DNA from: Malacoraja senta
Lineage: Eukaryota
NCBI GenBank assembly: GCA_038087875.1
Contig: CM075988.1
Coordinates: forward strand, 17,176,001 to 17,240,000
DNA: 64,000 bases
Direction: 5' to 3'
This document shows, piece by piece, positions 11,674 through 25,039 of this stretch (position 1 is its first letter; each line of letters starts with the position of its first letter). A model generated the notes under the pieces. It was given only the letters and a program-made list of their open reading frames with translations. It had not been told where the DNA came from and did not search any database. The translations under genes and the position numbers were made by a program.

Positions 11674-14600
11674 ATCTATACCTTATTCCTATTAATCGGG
11701 AGTTGATTGTCATTCCTTCCTCCTGGGAGAGTGGCAGCGATTTAATTTACATTGCCATCATGCAATGTTTGGTCAAGGATGTTTTTTGGGCAATTTCAAA
11801 GTGCAGATAGCAAAGAACCGAGGAATAACAATTTTAGAAGCTCAAGAGGGCATAGAACAACTGCTTTACAAGGACGGGTAGATAGCATGTGAAATGAAAT
11901 GTCAGTTTAATAGGATAAAGAGGAGAGACAATATAAAATGAATGATGCATTAACAGAATTTGACCAAGACTCAAGAAACCTAAAATGCATTTAACAAAAG
12001 TTAAAAACGGGAGAAGGTCACAAAGTTGTTAAAAGAGCTCATGGCTTTTTTTCCCCAACAAAGAACATAAAGGCATGCGGGGTTAAACCTTAATACGAGT
12101 CAAATTAGGCCTCATCTGAAATTTGGCTTCAATACAGTTCACCACGGTTGTACAATTTGATGCACATGGACAGTAAAGGTTTAGAGAGATATGGGCCAAA
12201 CGTGGGCAAAACTAGCACAGATGGGGCATCTTGGTCGAACAAGGGCAAGTTGGGCCGAAGGGTCTGTTTCTGTCCTGTATAACTCTATGACTAAATGGTG
12301 TCAAGACTTTGGCATGAAGAGGTTTACTGGAATGGTACCAGAGAGGAGGGAATTTAGCTGGATGAACGGTCACTGACATGGCTTTCCATACGGCAGAAAA
12401 CGATGAAGACGTTCGTGATATGTTAAAAATCATGAAGGCCTTTGAAAGAGTAAATTAAAAGAAAAACATTTTCTAGTGGCAGGAAGGTGACTAACCAGAG
12501 GCTCCATTGACCAGAAACGTTAACTTTTTCTCCTGTCACAAACTGCATGGTTATTTCCAGCAATTTCTGGTTATGTATGCAGCATGAATAAACACATTTA
12601 CCCACAAAATAGTGAATTGGAGCACTGCCTCCAAAGTGGTGGATTTAATAGCATCTTACAATAGAATTGTTTGATGGACAAATGTAGGGGGAAAAGAATG
12701 CAGTGGGGCTGATAAGATGGCACAATTGTAGAGGAAGAAAACCTCCTCTGATCTCAGGTAAGCCCCAAAATGTTATGGACACAGAATAAGAGGAAACTCA
12801 ATTGCAAGTAAAGAGACTGAATTAGGGTAAGACAACAAAAGAGTCTGCAGCTGCTGGAATCTAGAACACAAAGCAGAATGCTGGCAGCGAGTCAGGCAGC
12901 ATCTGCTGAGGTACAGGTTGCAAGTGGATTTTACAGGTCGATGCATCAGGATTAAGAGGGAAAAGGAAAGATTATTAGTAAGCAGAAGAGCTGCACAAAA
13001 CACAGAGGGAGAAGAACGAAAAAGTGAGACTCACCGAACCCCCGTCGTAGAGACAGGTAAACTTCTTCAATATTCTTCCAACATTGTTGTTTGTTCCAGA
13101 TTCTCGAATCTGCAGATGCTGGTTTACAAAATAAAAAGACACAAAATGCTCAAGTAACTCAACTTGTCAGACATCAACTCTGGAGAACATGGCTATTTGC
13201 TTTGTGGTGGTCCCTTTTCCTTTTCCCACCCTCTACAACCTACATCTCCTCTTCTTGCTTCACATTTCACACATATTCTCTCCTTATCTCCTAGCATTTG
13301 TCATCTTCCCATCTCTAGCCTCTGTCCGCCCATCTGCCAATCAAATGTAAATAAATCCAGGTCAGTACAGCATCAGGAAGTTATGTTGCAGCTTCACAGG
13401 TGGTGGTGGAAGCAGGTATGATAGGAGCATTTAAGAGGCGTTTAGATAGGCACATGGATATGCATACTGGAGGAATATGGGTCACATGCAGGCAGAGGGG
13501 ATTGGCAACATGCTCGGCATGGTCATTGAAGGATCTGTTCCTGTGCATATTTGTTCTATGTTCATACCCTACCTGACCTGTATGCACTTATCATTTGCCA
13601 GGCTTTATCCCACCCCCAGCTTTCTTCCAGCTGTCTCTCCCCCCCCCCCCCCCCCACCTAAGATCAGCTTGAAGAAGGGTCTCGACCTGAAACATCACCT
13701 ATCCGGGTTCTCCAGAGATGCTGTTCAACCTGCTGAGTTACTCCAGCACTTTCTGCCTACTTGAAGCTTGACATCTCTTTACAATGAGACCTCCATGAGT
13801 CTCTTACTGTTTTCCCTTGGTGGTTTCTGCTGCTTTTTTTGTCAGGAGGCACTCTTTTCTCTTCCCTCCTGAGCCTTGACTCACGACATAGACAAATCGA
13901 ATCGTACAGGTTGGAAACATCATGGTAAGATTATGCTACTGTCATCTTAACTCCTCAATATTGTTTTATTTAAGACTTGCCATTTGTTTCTGAAGCCATG
14001 GGCAATTAGTGACCCCCATGCAGAAGGCTTTACAATTAGGTGGCAGAAAGAGAGGAGGTCAAAAAACAGATTACACTAAAGTTAAGTGACAAATAATTTA
14101 TTGAAAAATTGTTCAAGGTTTTGGAGAATCCCACAATGCTACTGTAGGAGTATCTAAATGTTCTACTGCCCTGGACTTTCCCTTAGATAAGCAAAATATT
14201 GCTCAAGTATTTATCCAATTCCATCTTGAAAGATACTTTTAAAACCGATTCCATAATTCTTCCCAAGATGCACAACTATAATTAAAAATATTCTTAACTC
14301 AATCCTAATTCTGATTTGTTTTGCCATGCAGGACAAATCTGAAAATTATTAACATTTGATTAGATAACCCAGGTATCTAATCAAAATACGTGCCAATGAG
14401 ATTAGAGTTTCCTCCCATTTTTAAATATAGCTCATAGGTGCAACTTAGCAAATTATATTAATAGGGTACTTTATATACACAAAAATTTCCAAGGTCAAAA
14501 CCAAAATTTGATATCTGACCAGATAAAGAGATATTAAGGCCTTTGAACAAAGAATGAACCAGTCTAACAACTTAGGGATGAGTTACTGTAGGGTGTTATA

Positions 14601-16579
14601 AGAAGACAAACTGCATTTGCCACAGATGATACTAAACTTGGGCCAAGGCTATAGAACTCCTGGCTAAGCAAAAGTTTTTAAAGTGTTGGAAAAACTCAGC
14701 AGGTAGAGAAATAGCTAATCTGTGGAGGGAGAAAAAGAGTTAACTTTTTTTCAAGTTAGTGACCTATCATCAGAACTTGGTAAAGTTAGAAAACATGTAA
14801 ATCTTAACACAGAGGAGGGAGGGGTGGAGAGAACAAAGGAATAATCTGCGACAGGGTGGAGACCAAAAAGAGATTATACAAATAATGATAGTTTTGCTAA
14901 TAAAGGGTAATGCATTCTGATTTATTCTGCAAATTATCTGTCTGGAAGACAGGCAAATGAAAGATGCAATGAGGGCAAAAGTGAAATAAAATATACTAGA
15001 ATATGAGACATGGAGCACTGCAATTGCTGTAAATCTGGAATAAGAGAGAAAAATTTTAAATATCATTGAGATCAGCATAATATCTGGAGTGAGAAAAACC
15101 GTTAGCATTGTGATTGATGACATTTCATCAGAACTGGCTGTAATGTAGCACTCAAAATATCAGATACTGTTCACCAGCTTAGAATGGGCTTCATTGGCAC
15201 AGTATAGCAGTGATATAATTTCAGATTTGCAGCATCCGCAATTTTATAAAAAATTGAATGGAAAAAGACTGCATCAATAAGTTTAGTTTTAATTTAATTG
15301 GGATCAAGACGGCGTCAGTCACTGGTCCAATGTTAGGCATACAAGACTGAAGAGTGATAACTGGGGGAAAGGTTTCACTGTGGTGTGGTGCCAAACTGTT
15401 TTATAAAGAATTGCAAATCCACCATGGGCATTGAGATGAATACAACATATCTTGGAAAATCACATGAATGATCACCAAATATCGTGGAATTAAAAACAAA
15501 ACAGTAAATGCTGGGAACATACATAACATTGACCAACATCTGTGGAGATACCAGAACACTAACCTGTAGAGTGTTTCCAGCCTTTTTCTTTTTTAGTTCA
15601 GATTTCTAACATCAAGTCTTTTGCTTGTGAAACAAAATAGGACGATTTCATTGAGGAGAGAGATGTCAACTGGCCATTCTTTCTATTGCCTAGGGCTTCC
15701 ATGCCGATCTACCTCTTTTTACTTAACAAGTTCCTTTAAGGCAAATTATTTGACCATGTTTTTTCATTCCTGTACATCTCCCAATATTTCCAATTTGTTC
15801 CATTTTGTCTAATATATGCTCTTGTAAAACACCCTGTAGCATTTTACAAAGCAACATAAATGCAAACAGTTGTCAAATTGTTTCAACACATTTATTTTAC
15901 CATTATTAAACAATTTTCATGAAGAATATTGGTACAGAATCCTTCCATACATCGCATCTTGAGTAATGCAGAGTTATTTTATATTTCCAACAATTTGATT
16001 ATTCCTGTGTTATTATTAATACTTTTGTGAATTGTATAATAAATGAACAAATAATTAAACACCCCTCCCATTTAATATTCTGTTTACAGTTCTGGAGAAA
16101 CATTTTTTTTCCAGAAATTTTTCGAGTGGAAAGTCAGTTGATATTGTTCTGTAATGTCAAAGTGGCTTTGTGATGTCGTTCCAGGCGAGTCATATGCTTA
16201 GCTTGAAACAAGCTATGGTTAATGTTTAAGAAACGCTACAAAAATAAAATCAGAAATTCTAGCCGTTGAACTCTTCCTGTTACCATGGAGCAAGAAGCCA
16301 TCACAAGGGATTAAAACCAATTGAACCTGTACTATTTGTCCATCTTACCAAAACTGGCTCTGCACTATATCGAACAACAATAGAACAATCACGTTCATTG
16401 ATTGTCAACAAGAAAACCACACAAGCATGTAATTACTAATGCCCAATGAAAAGGGTGGTTATATAGCGATATGTTGTTTTTTTAATGAGCAGTTAGGATT
16501 TTTAAGATATACCTTTGAATGTAATTTTCTCCACTTCTGAGGACGTTGTAGTATAGCTCCATAGCTTCTACCTATCTCA

Positions 16580-16925
16580 AGAGTTCATAAGTTCTAGGAG
16601 CAGAATTAGGCCAATCTGCCCATCAAGTCTACTCCGCCATTCAAACATGGCTGATCAATCTCTCCTTCTCAACCCCATTCTCCTGCCTTCGCCCCATAAC
16701 CCCCTGACACACTTACTAATCAATCTGTCAATCTCCGCCTTAAAAATATCCCTTGCTTTGGCCTTCACAGTCTTCTGTGGCAATTAATTCCACAGATTCA
16801 CCACTGTCTAATTTTTAAAATCCTACTCATCTCCTTTCTAAAGGCATGTCCTTTTATTCCGAGGCTATGGCCTGTGGTCCTACTCTCCCTCTAGTGGAAA
16901 CATCCGCTCCACATTCACTCTAGGC
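16580..16925 (-). mobile_element. CR1 LINE 3' end
   Basis: Reverse complement of the CR1 3' end and tail seen at 37030-37320. Confidence 0.75.
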
Positions 16926-17650
16926 TAGTCTCCCATGCAATGACAATAAATAAAAATGGCAAGAAGCAGCAGTAACATTGACTACTGAATACATTGCAAA
17001 TAATCTAATCTCACCCAACAATACAAGTGTACTTTACCAGGAAGTATCACCCTGTCTGTTTAGTGCAAAGCCATGCAGCTGGTGCCGTTACATATAACAG
17101 AGCGAGCCTGTGACCATAGAAACAGGCATCATTTTGTAAATGAAAAAATAAACCAGAGGTTATTTGATAAAGACACAAGAGACTACAGATTCTGGAATTT
17201 TAGGCAATACAAAAACTGCTAGAGGAACTCAGTAGGACAGACAGTATCCTGTGGAGGGAAATGGGCAAGGTTTTGGGTCGTGAATTTTATCTAGACTATA
17301 TACAGTTTTTGGATACATAATACGCAAGTGTTGGATTTCGTTCATATTCATTAGTGATAGGAGCTGAATGAGGCCATTTAGCCCATCAAGTCTACTCTGC
17401 CATTCAATCATGGCTCCTCTACCTCTCCCACCTCACCCCATTCTCTTGCCTTCTCCCCATAACCCCCGATACCCATACTTTTAGCTTAAGTTCACATTTG
17501 GAAGGACACAATCCTTATTTGATCTCCAGAGTTTCTCAAAGAATTAGTTGTATTTTAAACAAGTGTAAACTATTCACTTATTGTTCCTTGCTGCTACATG
17601 AGCCACAGAAGAACCGTCTAGAGCTCTCCATGTTTCCTATGCATTACTCT

Positions 17651-17764
17651 ATGCATTCATTTAGTTTATTGTCACGTGTACCGAGGTACGGAGAAAAGCT
17701 TTTGTTGCATCAAAAGCTTTTCTCCGTACCTCGGTACACGTGACAATAAACTAAATGAATGCAT
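17651..17764. repeat. Perfect 54-bp-arm inverted repeat with 6-bp spacer
   Basis: 17651-17704 is the exact reverse complement of 17711-17764. Confidence 0.95.
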
Positions 17765-20039
17765 TTAGCGGAAAGACATCACATGATGAATTCAGTTTGC
17801 GGAAAGACATCACATGATTACAATCCACCCATCCCTGGTCTACAGATACATGATAAAAGGAATAATGTGCAGAGTAATGATATTACTCTGCATATGTTGT
17901 AAATTGCAAAAGTAAATTATTATTTGTGACAGAAATTATGTGACAATACAGTGTCTTGCTTTCCAACATATCTGATTAACCATGACCTGCATTGATAAGG
18001 TGCTTTTAAAGGCTCCCGAGTTGCTTCAAAGGAGCAATTAAATAAGGTGCAAAAACAAGACACATGAAGAAAAAATAGGATAGGTCAAAAGCATTGTGAA
18101 AGGGCAAGGTCTGAAGGAAAGTTTAAAATGGAGAAACAGAGGGTTTTCAGAGGAGTATTCCACAGCTCAGGATCCTGGCAGCTGAAGGAACACATGTGAA
18201 CTCTTTCTCAAATTTCCAATGTGCGCTCCTGCTCTGCCTCCAGAATCCATTCTGCCCTGCACCACTTCCAGTGTCATTTGACAACATTATCCAATTAGTT
18301 TGCATGGGAAAACGGTCAAATTATCATCAACGACATTTCAAAGGCAATTATAATATGGAAATGCTCATCAACTTGGAGATCAACCATAAAATGTTTGGCT
18401 GTGCATTCAACTGTCTGAATAAATACAGAGATTTGAGGAGTCCTCAATTAAAAACAAATGCTTAAAGATGAAAGCAATCTATTAAGTCTGCTTTTTATGA
18501 ATCATTCAGATGAACTACAACTAGCACAATATTTCAAAAATAGAGAATGCCCAAGGAAGATGATGATGATTGTGCTGCAGAAGGAGAGAGTTGGGGAGGA
18601 AAAAGAAAGGGAACAAATTGTGACAAAACAGGGACTTGATTAGTGGGATGAAACAAAGAGAAGGGCAGGAGATGAGGGCATCAAAGGGGCCCTCAACTAT
18701 TATCTGCCAGGCCTTGTCCTGCCACTCCTCTCTTCCAGCTTCCATTACCCCCCACCCCACCACCAATCTGAAGAGTCCTGACCCTAAACAGCACCTATCC
18801 ACGTTCTCTAGGGATGCTGTCTGACCTGCTGAAATACTCCTGCACTTTTTTTTCTTGTTTCTTTTTTTTGTAAACTAGCATCAGCAGTTCCTTCCACAAA
18901 GGTACTAAAGGGCTTGGTAGAGGAGTGAGACTAAGGTTGGCCAAGTGTCGGTAAAAGTGGAGAATGAGCAAGTAACATGGACGGAGAAATGGGCTGCGTT
19001 CAAGTTGGCAGAAAAATGTGTCGAATGCATTATGGGGCAAAGCACATGGATGCCATTTCAGTGTCATAGAAATGGAAGATGTATTGCCAAGGAACAGAGT
19101 TTCCAATTGAAATGGTCAGATGGGATGGTCGGATGGAGAATTGATGGCTGTGGAGATGAGATGAGATGTGGGAAGGTTTGACATTGGAGACTTTAGGAAG
19201 TGGGGGTGATAATTGTGTGCGTTTTTGAGATTTGGCTATCGGATGTTGTTTAGCTTTGGGGGAGCTGAGATTTTCAAAGTCAGGGAGGCTTTGCAGCTGG
19301 ATGTTACATTCTGGGGTGTAAAGCTTTTCGATGGGGTTTGAAGTTCGATCCTGGGACAGGGGAAATCAGCTGTTAGTTGTTGGTAGCTTAACTTTGGGAT
19401 GTTAAACTGCTGGAGATCTCATTGATGTAGATTAGGAAATCGGGATCAGCCTTTGGATTTAGGTGAGCAGAGGTGTAGCTGCACAAAGTTACATTTTGGG
19501 CAATTTAGCTGCAAGGTGTTAAGAAATGGAGCTTCAAATGCGATTACTATAGATTTAGCCATACAGTAAAATAAATATGGGCGGATTTGTCATTGGATGT
19601 CGAGGGTTCAACCGTGGATTAAGTCACGATCTGTTAAACCACTGTCCGATCCCCGATTTGTTAAGCCACATATATGGGGGCAGAGGGGAAATTGGTCTGT
19701 AAAAGCCACAGGTCTGGGGATCGGCCAGTCAATGGTCTGTATGGTAGATCACAGGGGTGGGGGAATATTGTTACCTCTGGTGTGTGTGTGTGTGTGTGTG
19801 TGTGTGGGGTGGGAAGGGAGTTAACCAGTGTGTAAGGGATGCTTCTGTGGGTTCTGTGTGTGTTGGAGGGAGGGGTGGAGGTGGAGCTGTCAGCTGCAGA
19901 TGCAGGGAAAGAGCTCCAGAGGATGGTGGGAAAGTGGTGAGTGGGGGTGTCAGCTGCGGATGGGTGGGGTGGGGTGGGGGCTTCTGAGGGAGTGATGATC
20001 TGGGGAGAGGGGGGGTCCGGGGGAGGTGGGTGAATGAGC

Positions 20040-20530
20040 CGTGGGGGGGGGGGGGGCCTGTGGAAGGGGGGGGGAGGATAAGCCGGGCTCCGGGCTCCGG
20101 GGTGATGAGCTCCAACAGCCGGCGGTAACATAGCAACCGTGCGCCGCTTACCTGAGGCACGGGCCGGCGAGAGAGTGTCTACAGTACGCGGTGGCCGGGC
20201 TCCATCACCCTCGGGACTGCGTCCAGACCAGGCCGGGCGACGCAAGCCCCGCTCCGCCACCGCTGCCTCCCTAACGGGATAACTGTGGAACAGACAACAA
20301 CAACTGCACACATCTACTTCCGGTGCCGCAGCTCAAACGCCCGCCCCCAACTCCGCCTTCTGCGTCCATTGGTCAAAGCTCCTGTCAGTTACCTCCACCC
20401 CACATCCTGTATGGTCCGCACAACTGTCAGTAAAGTTCGCGGTGTACCCGCCCCCCCCCCCCCACTTCCGGCCCCCCGGCGTCATGAAAACCACTGCGCA
20501 AGCGCGATGGAGGCCGCTGGGAGTTGTAGT
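20040..20530. promoter_or_regulatory. CpG-island promoter
   Basis: CpG-dense. ETS ACTTCCGG at 20316 and 20464; GC box at 20341; CCAAT on minus strand at 20368-20372; NRF1-like TGCGCAAGCGCG at 20495-20506; ZNF143/THAP11-type ACTACAACTCCCAG (minus) at 20517-20530; X-box-like site at 20124-20137. Confidence 0.8.
20152..20315 (-). other. Probable non-coding first exon of a gene divergent to BACE1
   Basis: Consensus donor CAG|GTAAGC at 20152/20151 inside the CpG island. The ATG-initiated frame closes within the exon. Transcription start is approximate. Confidence 0.55.
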
Positions 20531-20699
20531 TTTCTCGTTGGATATAACTTGGGATGGGGTTGGATAGAACAGCAGCTTACAACCCAGTGGGATGAAGTTC
20601 AATTTTTCTAACTTCAAGTAACCCTTGCTTTCCCTTTCTCTCCATCCCTTCCCCACACCCTAGTTCTCTGGCTAGTTTCACTGTCCTCCCGAGTAATTT

Positions 20700-21480
20700 T
20701 ACAGCAGAGAGCATAACTCGTTGCATCACGGCCTGATTTGGCAACTTGAATGCCCAGGAGTGAAGAAAACTGTAAAAAGTTGTGAACACTGCCTGGTCCA
20801 CCATGGGTTCTGCCTGTCCCGCTGAATTACTTCAGTCTTTGATGTCCATCATGGGTTCTGACCTCCCCACCATCAAAGTGATTTACAGGAATCGCTGCCT
20901 CAAAAAGGCAGCTAGCATCACCAGAGACACACCACCCTGGCCACACACTCATTTTACCCCTGCCATCGGGGAAGAAGATATAGGAGCCTGAAAACTGTAA
21001 CATCCAGGTTTCAAGAACAGTTTCGTCCCTACAGCCATCAGGCTATTAAGCACCGCAACCTCCAAATAAACTTTGAACTACATAGATTTGTCTTTTTGCA
21101 CTATTATTGAATCGAATTGGTTTTCTTGATTAGTACTAGAGGCAGGGGTTATGAGGAGAAGGCAGGAGAATGGGGTTAGGAGGGAGAGATAGATCAGTCA
21201 TGATTGAATTGAATGGTGTAGACTTGATGGGCCGAATGGCTTAATTCTGCTCCTATCACTTATGACCTTATGAATTGAATCTAATACTTTTGTTTGAATT
21301 GAATTGAATATAGTTTTTTTTTGTATGTATATACACACACACACACGGACTATATACACACACTGAACTTTTTTTCTCATTTATTATATTGGTTACAGTG
21401 TACTATGTTTACGTATTATGTTGTGCTGCTGCGAGTAAGAATTTCATTGTTCTATCTGGGACATATTGCAATGAAACACT
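20700..21480 (+). mobile_element. Rex1/Babar-type LINE 3' fragment with nested CR1 tail
   Basis: Decayed CITAWFGN...CLKKAASI...HPGH...LPSGRRYRS...FKNSF..AIRLL-type motifs. Confidence 0.65.
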
Positions 21481-22415
21481 CTTCACCCTCTTATGCCTCG
21501 TTGTCATCTCCCCCTTAGCTAACAGTGAATCATCCTACATTTCCTTGATCACCATCTGCTTTGATCTGTCGTTTTCACATTTTACCATTCGGTATCTAGT
21601 TTCTTTCTCCCTCAGTCTGAAGAACGGATTCGACCCTCCAGAGATGCTGCCTTGTCCCACTGAGTTACTCCAGGATTTTGTGTCTATCTACAGATAGAAA
21701 GGCATTTAAGTGGGTGAGCCCAGAAACATCCTGGCTGCAAACCTTTCGGAATGCAAAAAGGAGTTTGCAAAACATTTAGTTGCAGAGGCTTTATCAGCTT
21801 GCACCCTACAATGCAGTTGTAGACTGAATCATTTGCACTTGTCTGGCGTGCAAGGAGTGGTGAAAACCAGGAGGAGGCACTGGCTCCCACAGAAGCGACT
21901 CCAACGTTGGAGCGTCAAAAATGCAAAACTACAACACCCAGGGAGCTTGATGAGCATTGCTCCTCCTTCATTTCCCAGTGTCATTCCTGCATCTAATTGC
22001 ATCCACACTAGTTCTTCCGCTGAAGTAGGGAAGACTGTTCAAGCTCCGCTCGTGCAGTTCTAAACCCATCCCCGTTTATTTCTGTCAAACTCTGAACCAC
22101 CACCTAAAAAAACAGAACAATGCAAAATAATGGCATTTGCTGCGGTTTACCCGACTCTTCACGGAGATCCTTAAACGCAAAAGAGTAACTAGGTTTTACT
22201 CTTTGTCATTTTTTTGAAGAATGCCTTTTCCTTTCACTCAAAATAAATCCATCAATGAAGCATCCGACGCCGCGCGTTTGGCTTTCTTCTAAATCTCTCA
22301 ATGTAGGTCGATAAGGGGTTGAATAAATATTTTTTTGGAGGCAGCTGCCGTGCATTTGCACTTGCCTTTCTTTAAAGAGAAGAGAAGAGAGCGAGGCAGA
22401 GAAAGTGTGGTCGAA

Positions 22416-22670
22416 ATGAAATTTTGTCCCGTTTCTCGTTTTGCGCTGCTGGCTTGCTCTTTGACTGTATGGCTGCTTTGCAATGGAGAGCCGTCTGGGA
22501 CCAAAGTCCCTCTGAAAAACGACATCGGGACCTCCGGCAGGATGCCCAGAGCTGCTGATGGAACTGATCGGAGACAAAGTATCAATTTTATGGAAATGGT
22601 TGATAACCTGAGAGGGAAATCCGGGCAGGGGTATTATGTGGAGATGACAATAGGAACACCTCCTCAGAAG
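22416..22670 (+). CDS. BACE1: Beta-secretase 1, coding exon 1 (signal peptide, propeptide, start of protease domain; 85 codons)
   Basis: MKFCPVSRFALLACSLTVWLLC...RMPR...[28 protein letters not shown] matches the BACE1 N-terminus (human [28 protein letters not shown]). Phase-0 donor AAG|GTAAGA. Confidence 0.93.
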
Positions 22671-24489
22671 GTAAGATTGGGGCTTTTGGTAATGTTTGAG
22701 ATCAATAATGACATTTGTTGTGTTCTCCGCATTAAATTGTGTCTGATAATAATGACAATAACAAGCTATCATAGTATAGTAATTATGCTGGATATATTTA
22801 ATGTGAGTTACTATTCCTATGGTAAATGATTTGTGTTCTCGGGCGATACCTTTCCTTTCCATCTTTTGTAAATTATACAGAATCGTACCTTTTTGTTTTG
22901 ACAGTAGTACATATGCTTCCCACCTGCTTCTGGCATAAATGAGAGTGTAAGTCCAATCATTTTCTACGGTACCATGACATAAATCTCATCTGAACGCATC
23001 GTTGCGTTTCTTGTAGTGTGACAAATGTGATACACAACACCTTTCCTTTCCTAAGCACATTCTTGGAGAAAAAGCTTTTAGAAAATACTTATTCGCGTCA
23101 GTGCATCCCTTGTGCAGAAATGCTTCTTTTCTGAAACTAGCATAAAATTGACAAATAGATTTGTGAATAATTACACCACTGTACTGCCCCAAAATCAATG
23201 TTTGTATTGAACCAGCAATATGCTAATGTGCATTTAACTTCTATTACTGGAAAAAAAATCTGTAGTTACAATCTTTGTAAATTAATATAAAATCAAAATA
23301 AATGATTGTATCAGTGCAATCCAAAAAGTAAAATCCACACACAAAAAAAGCAGCAGAGTTGGTGTTTATCTGCAGAGAGCTGTCTGATATCAATCCTAGG
23401 GTCCAATTTTAGGCCTCAGGGCTGCTCTATTGAGAAAGATTAAAGAAACAAGCCAGCATTCCTGTTACTGATTGCTATTCAGTCATTTCTGCTGGAGCTT
23501 GGAAGCAGGTTCAGATTGGCTGTTATTCTGTCACAGTTTATTTCAATGTCTAGTTTCCCATTTGAGGAATGTTTTGTTCTCAATTCCCAACTGGTTAGTG
23601 CTTTCTAATTATGAATTTCATTTAATAGTTTCACTGTGATAACTTGTCATCCTCCAAATTACACCAACGCAGAGTTCATTTTACAGTCTTCATTTTTTTG
23701 AGGAACAAAGTATTTCATAAATTATCAGACCCCACACTTTAATGTATTGGTTGCAATTCCTTTATAGGGCTTGTAACTGTGCCCATGTCCGTTTTAAACA
23801 CACAGTCCATTTCTCTGTCGATGTAATGCCTGAATTGTACCTTCTTGATCTCATCCAATTTGGAGAAGTGGAAATCTTTCATGGGTCAAGAATGTTTAAC
23901 TGTCATAGCTACTGGCAACTGAACAATGAAATTCTTACTTGCTGCAGCTTTACGCTTCCATTAATGCAATAACACTCAAAATAAATATACAGTAATCGAT
24001 AAAACTCTAAATTAATAATCAGTAATACCAGCTAACCAGACCATCATAATGCGAAACTGAAGTAGGCGGTACAACCGAAACACTGTGTATTATAGAAGGT
24101 AGACACAAAATGCTGGTGTAACTCGGCAGGTCCGGCAGCATTTCTGGGGAAAAAGGATGAGAATTATCGGTATAAACCAGCATTTGCAGTTCCTTTCCAT
24201 ACATCCACAGTATATTACTGTTGTTGAGGACGAGTTCTAGTTAGTATTGTACAGTAATCAAGAGTCTGATGGTTGTGGGTAGAAGCTGTTGTTAAACTTG
24301 GAGGTCATGCTTGTCAGGTCCCCCCCATACCTTCTTTCCATTGGTTGCAGTGAGATGAGAAGATGATATTGAAGCCAGGCTGGCATTGGGCTTTGGTGAT
24401 ATTATCAGCGACTTCTGAAAATCCCCTCGACGGATAATGAGATTTCTATAAACAACTCATCTTCACGCTGCATGGAGGAGGCCCAGGAC

Positions 24490-25010
24490 ATTCACTTGCA
24501 CCTCCTCCAACCTCATCTACTGTATCCGCTGTTCCAGGTGTCAACTCCTGTATATTGTCGAGACTAAGCGCAGACTCGGCAATCGTTTCGCTGAACACTA
24601 CCGCTCAGACTGTCTGCCTTAACCTACCTGATTACCCAGTTGCTCAGCACTTTAACTCCCCCTCCTATTCCCACACTGACTTTCCGTCCTGGGCCTCCTC
24701 CGTTGTCAGAGTGAGGCCCAGTGCAAATTGGAGGAACGGCACCTCATATTTTGCTTGGGTTGCTTCCACCCCAGCGGTATGAACATTGACTTCTCTAACT
24801 TCAAGTAGCCCTTGGTTTCCCTCTCTCTCCATCCCCTCCCCTTCCCAGTTCTCCCATCTGTCTTACTGTCTCCGACTATATTCTATCCCTGTACTGCCCA
24901 CTCTGACATCAGTCTGACGAAGGGTCGAAGACCCGACATGTCACCCTTTCCTTCTCTCCAGAGATGCTGCCTGTCCTGCTGAGTTACTCCATCATTTTGT
25001 ATTTACCTTA
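24490..25010 (+). mobile_element. Penelope-like 3' fragment (GIY-YIG remnant + pLTR)
   Basis: FTCTSSNLIYCIRCSRCQLLYIVETKRRLGNRFAEH followed by pLTR at 24908-25010. Confidence 0.85.
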
Positions 25011-25039
25011 GAGGTCTAGATAGCTGATAGCAATAGGTT

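Noticed and set aside
13035..13109. 75-nt minus-strand open exon candidate
   Set aside because: Acceptor is supplied by a pLTR copy and the peptide is unrecognisable.
19661..20311. 216-aa minus-strand ORF
   Set aside because: GTG start in a stop-poor CpG/G-rich tract; crosses the splice donor; no recognisable domain.
22335..22829. 164-aa ORF as a complete protein
   Set aside because: Starts at TTG upstream of the true ATG (22416) and reads through the donor at 22671 into intron.
23360..23560. Possible LF-SINE-like remnant near BACE1 exon 1
   Set aside because: Resemblance too weak to support without a profile search.
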